This document shows positions 58,538-64,000 of a stretch of 64,000 nucleotides of DNA, in pieces. The DNA lies in the NCBI GenBank assembly GCA_963803435.1, contig CAWDML010000001.1:2272001-2336000 (forward strand). Direction: 5' to 3'. This DNA comes from an uncultured delta proteobacterium (GTDB lineage: Bacteria > Myxococcota > Kuafuiibacteriia > Kuafuiibacteriales > Kuafuiibacteriaceae). The position numbers and the translations under genes are program-made. The first letter of the stretch is position 1. Every line of letters begins with the position of its first letter. The notes under the pieces were generated by a model. The model had not been told where the DNA came from, did not search any database, and saw nothing but the letters and a program-made list of their open reading frames with translations.

Positions 58538-59062
58538 ATGAACGAGAAATTTTCGATGGCGAAGGTCACGACACCGATCGGGCGTCTGTGGTTGGTAACT
58601 CAGGGTGAGTCAGTATGGGGCGCCGAGCTGGAGCCCCGCTGGATCCCCTTGACTCTCCGGCTCGCGAAAAAAGGGTGTGCGGTGGAGCCGGGTTGTGTCC
58701 GAAGAACAAAGGGAAGCCCAACCCTCGCGCTCGCCGCGCAAGCCGTCACCGACTATTTCGCGGGCGACCTCCAGGCCCTCGAGAAGGTCTCCCTCGCGCT
58801 CGAAGGCTCGCGGACACGACTCGCCGTCTGGCGGCGAGTGCGGAGAGTTCGACCCGGAAAGACTTTGACCTACCGGGCGCTGGCGGCGTCCGTCGGCATG
58901 TCTGGGGCGTTTCGCGCCATCGGCGCGGCCAACGGCGCCAATCCCTGTGCGCTCTTCGTCCCCGACCATCGCATCATTTCCAGCGACGGCGGGCTGAGAG
59001 GCTATGGCGCCGGCGTCGAAGCCAAAGCGTGGCTGCTGGCGCACGAGGGGGTCGCGCGCTGA
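58538..59062 (+). CDS. Ogt/Ada-family O6-alkylguanine DNA alkyltransferase homolog with non-canonical active site (PDHR)
   Basis: TPIGRL, GKTLTYRALA, RAIGAANGANP..VPDHRII..GGLRGYGAG..KAWLLAHEG. Confidence 0.88.
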   Translation: MNEKFSMAKVTTPIGRLWLVTQGESVWGAELEPRWIPLTLRLAKKGCAVEPGCVRRTKGSPTLALAAQAVTDYFAGDLQALEKVSLALEGSRTRLAVWRRVRRVRPGKTLTYRALAASVGMSGAFRAIGAANGANPCALFVPDHRIISSDGGLRGYGAGVEAKAWLLAHEGVAR

Positions 59063-59103
59063 ATTCCGCTCGGCAAATTCGCTCGATGTCGTGAAAAATT
59101 CAG

Positions 59104-59406
59104 CTACTGTGCCTTTGACTTGGTCTTCTTGGAAGACTTTTTCTTCCGTCGGTCGGCCCAGTACTTCTTCATCCGATCGCTGACTTCGCGCCGCTTCTCC
59201 GGCGACCAGTTGGGCTTCTTGCGATTGGCGCGAACCTTCGACGCCTTGCTCCTAGAGCCCTTGGGACGCCCAGGACCGCGTTTTACGCCCAGCTTCGAGA
59301 GCGTCTCTTCCATGACCCGAATCTTCTCGTCGAGCTCCTGTCGTTCGTCGTGTAGCGCGTCGATCGCTCTGCGAAGCTCTTTTGCGATCTTGTCGGTATC
59401 CACCAT
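59104..59406 (-). CDS. Small basic putative nucleoid-associated protein (coiled coil + AT-hook + basic helix)
   Basis: Heptad N-terminus, KRGPGRPKG and REVSDRMKKYWADRRKK; 100 aa and Lys-rich. Confidence 0.8.
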   Translation of the reverse strand: MVDTDKIAKELRRAIDALHDERQELDEKIRVMEETLSKLGVKRGPGRPKGSRSKASKVRANRKKPNWSPEKRREVSDRMKKYWADRRKKKSSKKTKSKAQ

Positions 59407-59471
59407 AGGAGTTTATTTACCGGCTTACGGCCGGCGTTGCAAGATAACTATGTCAGCTCAGAAAGAGAGTC

Positions 59472-60311
59472 ATGCCGAACGTCGATCTCCACCCACCCAA
59501 ACGGCTGCCTGCTTTTCGTAAGATCGCCATCGGAACCTGGGCTACGACCTATGATCCTCAGGTCTACGGGACGATGGTCGTTCGAATGGAACGCGCCCTC
59601 GACTACATCGAGACCTTTCGAAAAACCACAGGGCAGCGGCTGACCGTGACCCACCTCGTGGCAAAGATCGTGGCGACGGCGCTCGAAAAAACACCCGACG
59701 CCAACGCCCTGCTTCGTCTCGGTCGCGTCTATCTCCGGCAGAAAGTATCGGTGTTTCTCCAGGTCGTCATGATCGATCCGGTGACAGGAAAACCGGATCT
59801 ATCGGGTCTGACCCTACACAACATCGACCGCATGACGCTCGCCGACATCGTGGCAGCGACCGAGCACCAGGTCGCGAAGGTTCGCAACGACGAGGACGAA
59901 GCGCTGGCGCGCTCGCGCGGGTTGTTCTCGCGGCTCCCCGGCTTCGTTCTCCATCCGCTCCTGCGCTTCCTCTCTTTCGTGCTCTACGGTCTCAACATCG
60001 ATCTCCGTTTCCTGGGGGTCCCGCGGGACGGATTCGGATCGATCATGGTGACGAACATCGGCTCGCTCGGACTCGAGCAGGCCTACGCGCCGCTGGTTCC
60101 CTGGTCGCGCGTCCCGATGGTCGTCGCGGTCGGCAAGGTCACCGACGAGGCGGTCGTCGACGACGGCAAGGTCGTCCCAGGCAAAGTGATGCGTCTGTCC
60201 GCCACGTTCGACCACCGGCTGCTCGACGGTGCACACGCGGCCGCGCTCTCGCGCACGGTGCACGAGGCGTTCGCCGATCCCGAGGCCTTCTTCGGGCCCA
60301 TCCGATCGTGA
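59472..60311 (+). CDS. 2-oxoacid dehydrogenase E2-like acyltransferase (catalytic domain only)
   Basis: VTNIGSLG and TFDHRLLDGAH motifs; no lipoyl domain. Confidence 0.9.
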   Translation: MPNVDLHPPKRLPAFRKIAIGTWATTYDPQVYGTMVVRMERALDYIETFRKTTGQRLTVTHLVAKIVATALEKTPDANALLRLGRVYLRQKVSVFLQVVMIDPVTGKPDLSGLTLHNIDRMTLADIVAATEHQVAKVRNDEDEALARSRGLFSRLPGFVLHPLLRFLSFVLYGLNIDLRFLGVPRDGFGSIMVTNIGSLGLEQAYAPLVPWSRVPMVVAVGKVTDEAVVDDGKVVPGKVMRLSATFDHRLLDGAHAAALSRTVHEAFADPEAFFGPIRS

Positions 60312-60333
60312 GGCATCCTGGTAGACTGCGCTC

Positions 60334-60999
60334 GTGGTCGCCATCCTGACGCGACGGCTGGAGTTCCCTCCCGCCACCTCGGCGAACCGAGATGGCCTGG
60401 TCGCGGTCGGCGGTGACCTCTCGGTCGAGCGGCTCTTGCTGGCGTACCGGAGCGGCATCTTTCCGTGGCCGATCTTCGACGACGATCTGATGACCTGGTT
60501 CTCACCCGATCCGCGTGCGATCCTCGAGACCTCCGATCTGCGCGTCTCCCGCAGCCTCCAGAAGGTCCTGCGTCGCGGTGGGTTCGAGGTCACCTTCGAC
60601 CGCGACTTCGCGGCCGTCATCCGGGCCTGCGCCATGCCGGCGCCGGGCCGAATGTCCACCTGGATCACCCGTGAGCTCGAGCGCGCCTATGTCGAGCTCC
60701 ACCACGCGGGCCACGCGCACTCCGTCGAGACCTGGGTCGGCGGAGAGCTCGTCGGAGGGTTGTACGGCGTGTCGATCGGGGGTCTCTTCGCCGGAGAGTC
60801 GATGTTTTCCAATTACTCCAACGCGTCGAAGATCGCGCTCGTTCACCTGGTTGGGAGATTGAGGGAGAGAGACTTCCGTCTCCTCGACATCCAGCAAGGC
60901 ACGCCGCACATGCTCTCGATGGGCGGGAAATTGATCCCGAGAAGAGAGTATCTCGCTCGCCTCGCCGCGGCCCTCGAGCTCGATCGAACGTTCGAGTGA
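60334..60999 (+). CDS. aat: Leucyl/phenylalanyl-tRNA--protein transferase
   Basis: [44 protein letters not shown] and FAGESMFS motifs. Confidence 0.96.
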   Translation: MVAILTRRLEFPPATSANRDGLVAVGGDLSVERLLLAYRSGIFPWPIFDDDLMTWFSPDPRAILETSDLRVSRSLQKVLRRGGFEVTFDRDFAAVIRACAMPAPGRMSTWITRELERAYVELHHAGHAHSVETWVGGELVGGLYGVSIGGLFAGESMFSNYSNASKIALVHLVGRLRERDFRLLDIQQGTPHMLSMGGKLIPRREYLARLAAALELDRTFE

Positions 61000-61105
61000 A
61001 ACGACGTCCGTCCGGTATTCGAACGTTCTCCGGATTCCGAACGGACGGAGGCTCGCAGCCTCATGTCTTTTGCCCGGCACGCGGCTTGCGTTGCGCTCGA
61101 GCAAC

Positions 61106-62179
61106 ATGGGCATCAAAGAAAAACTCAAGAGCGTCCAGACCGCGATCGGCGAGATCGAGAAGCAGTTCGGGCGGGGCGCGATCATGTGGCTGGGAGGCGG
61201 AGACGCCAAGCCTGAGGGCCCCCTCTCCGTCATCTCCACGGGGTCGGTCGGGCTCGACCTGGCGCTGGGCGTCGGCGGCCTCCCCCGCGGCAGAATCATC
61301 GAGATGTTCGGGCCGGAGTCCTCCGGTAAGACCACGATGGCGCTCCACGCGATCGCCTCGGTGCAGCGGGCCGGTGGCGTGGCCGCCTTCGTCGACGCCG
61401 AGCACGCGCTGGATCCGGCCTATTCGAGGGCGCTCGGCATCGACATCGATCAGCTCCTCGTCTCACAACCCGACCACGGCGAGCAGGCGCTCGAGATCAC
61501 CGAGACGCTGATCAGGAGCGGCTCGGTCGATCTGGTCGTCGTGGACTCCGTGGCTGCGCTGGTCCCGAGGGCCGAGATCGAGGGCGAGATGGGAGACGCT
61601 CACATGGGTTTGCAGGCCCGCCTCATGTCGCAGGCGATGCGAAAGCTGACCGGCCACGCCTCCAAGTCGAAGAGCACCATCATCTTCATCAACCAGATCC
61701 GACAGAAGATCGGCGTGACCTTTGGATCGCCGGAGACCACCACCGGCGGCAACGCGCTGAAGTTCTATGCGAGTGTCCGTCTGGACATCCGGCGCATCGG
61801 GACCGTGAAGGACGGCGAGAACGCGGTCGGCAGCCGGGTCCGGGCGAAGGTGGTGAAGAACAAGGTCGCCCCGCCCTTCCGCGAGACCGAGTTCGACGTG
61901 ATCTACGGAAAGGGTGTCTCGGTGTCGGGCGAGCTGATCGATCTGGCCGTGGAGAAGAAGCTCGTGGACAAGTCCGGCGCCTGGTACGCCCTGGGAGAGA
62001 CCAAGCTGGGACAGGGAAGGGAGCGCGCTCGCGACTATCTCGATGCGCGGCCGGTGCTCATGGAGCGAATGCGGGCCGCGCTGCTGTCGGACAAGCCGTC
62101 GATCGAGGCGCTGGGGAAGCCAGCGGAGTGGGAGCCGATGCCGTCGCCGCCTCCGCCGCCGGAGAAGAAGGCGGCGTGA
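61106..62179 (+). CDS. recA: Recombinase RecA
   Basis: [40 protein letters not shown] and [10 protein letters not shown] motifs. Confidence 0.98.
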   Translation: MGIKEKLKSVQTAIGEIEKQFGRGAIMWLGGGDAKPEGPLSVISTGSVGLDLALGVGGLPRGRIIEMFGPESSGKTTMALHAIASVQRAGGVAAFVDAEHALDPAYSRALGIDIDQLLVSQPDHGEQALEITETLIRSGSVDLVVVDSVAALVPRAEIEGEMGDAHMGLQARLMSQAMRKLTGHASKSKSTIIFINQIRQKIGVTFGSPETTTGGNALKFYASVRLDIRRIGTVKDGENAVGSRVRAKVVKNKVAPPFRETEFDVIYGKGVSVSGELIDLAVEKKLVDKSGAWYALGETKLGQGRERARDYLDARPVLMERMRAALLSDKPSIEALGKPAEWEPMPSPPPPPEKKAA

Positions 62180-62184
62180 TCGTC

Positions 62185-63952
62185 TCAGCGGCGGCTCACC
62201 GGCTGGTCCTCGCCCGAGAGGCGGGCGGCCTTCTTCATGAGGCTGAGGAACTCCGCGCGGTCCGGCTCGTCGTAGGGGCGGGTGTCGGAGATGATCGAGA
62301 TGATCCGGGCGTACGACCAGCCGCTGGCGTACGGGCTCTGGCGGAGGAGCTCGGCGCCGCCCATGACGGCGGTGGCGAAGCGCATGTCCTCGGGGGCCTG
62401 TGTAAAGGGACGGTCGACCACGCGGACCGGAACCTCGAACGCAACCTCCTTCGCCGCGCTGCCGCGGGGCTTCTTGGCGCGAACGCGGATGGTGGCGAGG
62501 TGATCGGAGCGCTGGGCGTTGAGGGTGAGCTCGTAGAGCGCGGTGACCTGATGTCCGGCACCGATCTCACCGGCGTCGACCTTGTCGTTTCGGAAGTCCG
62601 CGTCCGCGATGTCGCGGTTCTCGTACCCGACCAGGCGATAGCTGGAGACCGACTCCTTGTCGAACTCGACCTGGATCTTCACGTCCTGCGCCACGTCCTG
62701 GATCATCTTGGTGAAGTCCCGACCGAAAACACGCTCGGCCATGCGCTCGGAGTCGACGTAGTAATAGTTGCCGTTACCCTTGTCCGCGAGTTGCTCCATC
62801 ATGGCGTCCTTGTAGTTTCCGTCGCCGAAGCCGATGGTCGACATGAAGACGCCTTCCTTCACGTAGCCCTCGATGCTCTTCAGGATCTGCTCGTGGGTGG
62901 TGGAGCCGATGTTGGCGTCGCCGTCGGAGAAGACGATCACGCGGGTGATCGCGCCCTCCCGGACCATCTGGATGGCCTGCTTGTAAGCCAGCTCCATGCC
63001 CGACGACATCGCCGTGCCGCCGCCGTTGGTGAGGCGATCGATGGCCCGGTCGATGATCTTCTTGTTGGACGCGTTGGTCGGCGGGAGGACGACGCTGACG
63101 CCGCCGGCGTAGGTGGTGATGGCGACGCGATCGTTCTCGCCGAGCTGGCCGACCGCCACGCGGAGGGCCTTCTTGGCCAGCGGCAGCCGGTCGGCGCTCG
63201 TCATCGAGCAGCTGGTGTCGACCAGGAACACGATGTTGGCGGGCAGTCGCTCCGCCGCGCTCACCGGCTTGGCCTGGATTCCGACGCGAAAGAGGTGCTT
63301 CTCTCCGTCGACCGGCGACAGCGAGCCGTCGGCCTGGATGCTGAAGAGATTGTCCGGGCCGCTGGGCGGATCGTAGTCGTACTTGAAATAGTTGATGAAC
63401 TCCTCCACGCGCACGAGGCTGGAGGTGGGCATTCGGTTCGCGTTGAGGGTGCGCCGCGCGATCGAGTACGCGGCGGTGTCGACGTCGATCGCGAAGGTGG
63501 AGAGCGCGTCTTCCTTCGTGTTGGTGAAGGCGTTGATCTCGAGCCTCGCGGCCCTCGAAGTCTCCGCCGACCTCCGACTCGGTCCGGCCGGTGGTCATCA
63601 GGCCGTCGAGCACATAGCCGTTCCCGCTCGGACCACCGGCGGACTTGGACTTCTTGGCGTCATGGGCGACGGGCTTCGAGACCGGCTCCGGGCGGCGGAG
63701 CGAGCGCGCATCGTCGGGCTTGGCAGACTGCGCGCGCGTCGCCGGTGGCGCCGGCGGCGCCGGCGGCGCGTCGAGGCTCACGGTCGCCACCGGAGCTTCT
63801 GCGGGCGTCATCTCCGCCTCCGCCTTGTCGCCGGCCGGCGCGGATTGCACCTTCGAGGTGTCCGAGGGGGCCGCCTGCTGCTCGTGCATCGCGAGGCAGC
63901 CGCCCAGAAGAGCGGAGATTCCGAGGGAGAGTCCGAGACGCTTTGCCACCAT
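62185..63952 (-). CDS. YfbK-like vWA-domain lipoprotein; +1 frameshift near 63545
   Basis: Lipobox LGGC and a Pro/Ala linker in one frame. EINAFTNTKEDALSTFAIDVDTAAY, VRVEEFINYF, FLVDTSCSM, SDGDANIG and DFRNDKVDAGEIGAGH follow in the next frame. Confidence 0.88.
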
Positions 63953-64000
63953 GCGACGGTCAAACGTGCCGACGAAAAAAAAGATCTACGCTGGCGAAGG

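Overview
High-GC bacterial chromosomal window, most consistent with a Myxococcota (deltaproteobacterial) genome. Evidence: a MYXO-CTERM-like sorting tail, a zinc-ribbon Ser/Thr kinase, DUF4388/J-domain, Ig-repeat/vWA and MoxR-DUF58-DUF4350-DUF4129 genes. The first 23 kb hold two minus-strand multiheme cytochrome operons with about 52 heme-c attachment motifs counted by eye. (i) A porin-cytochrome conduit-like operon encodes an 18-heme c7-repeat protein, a 15-heme lipoprotein, an outer-membrane beta-barrel and a truncated multiheme lipoprotein. (ii) A three-gene operon encodes a 9-heme cytochrome, a 2x cNMP-binding/4x[4Fe-4S]/di-heme cytochrome b protein, and a 3x FHA/7-heme/2x[4Fe-4S]/circularly permuted TrxR-fold flavoprotein fusion, with a divergently transcribed Ser/Thr kinase. 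Together these suggest a signal-gated electron path from cytoplasmic NAD(P)H across the envelope; this function is inference. The rest of the window contains a TonB-dependent receptor, two giant surface proteins, nrdJ with an NrdR box, map, a MoxR cluster, comM/ogt-like/aat/recA and several decayed IS and four-helix-bundle remnants. Four otherwise intact genes carry +1 frameshifts, three of which are repaired by restoring a GATC, which points to modification-linked sequencing errors. No rRNA, tRNA or CRISPR array was seen. All family assignments come from motif recognition, not database searches.
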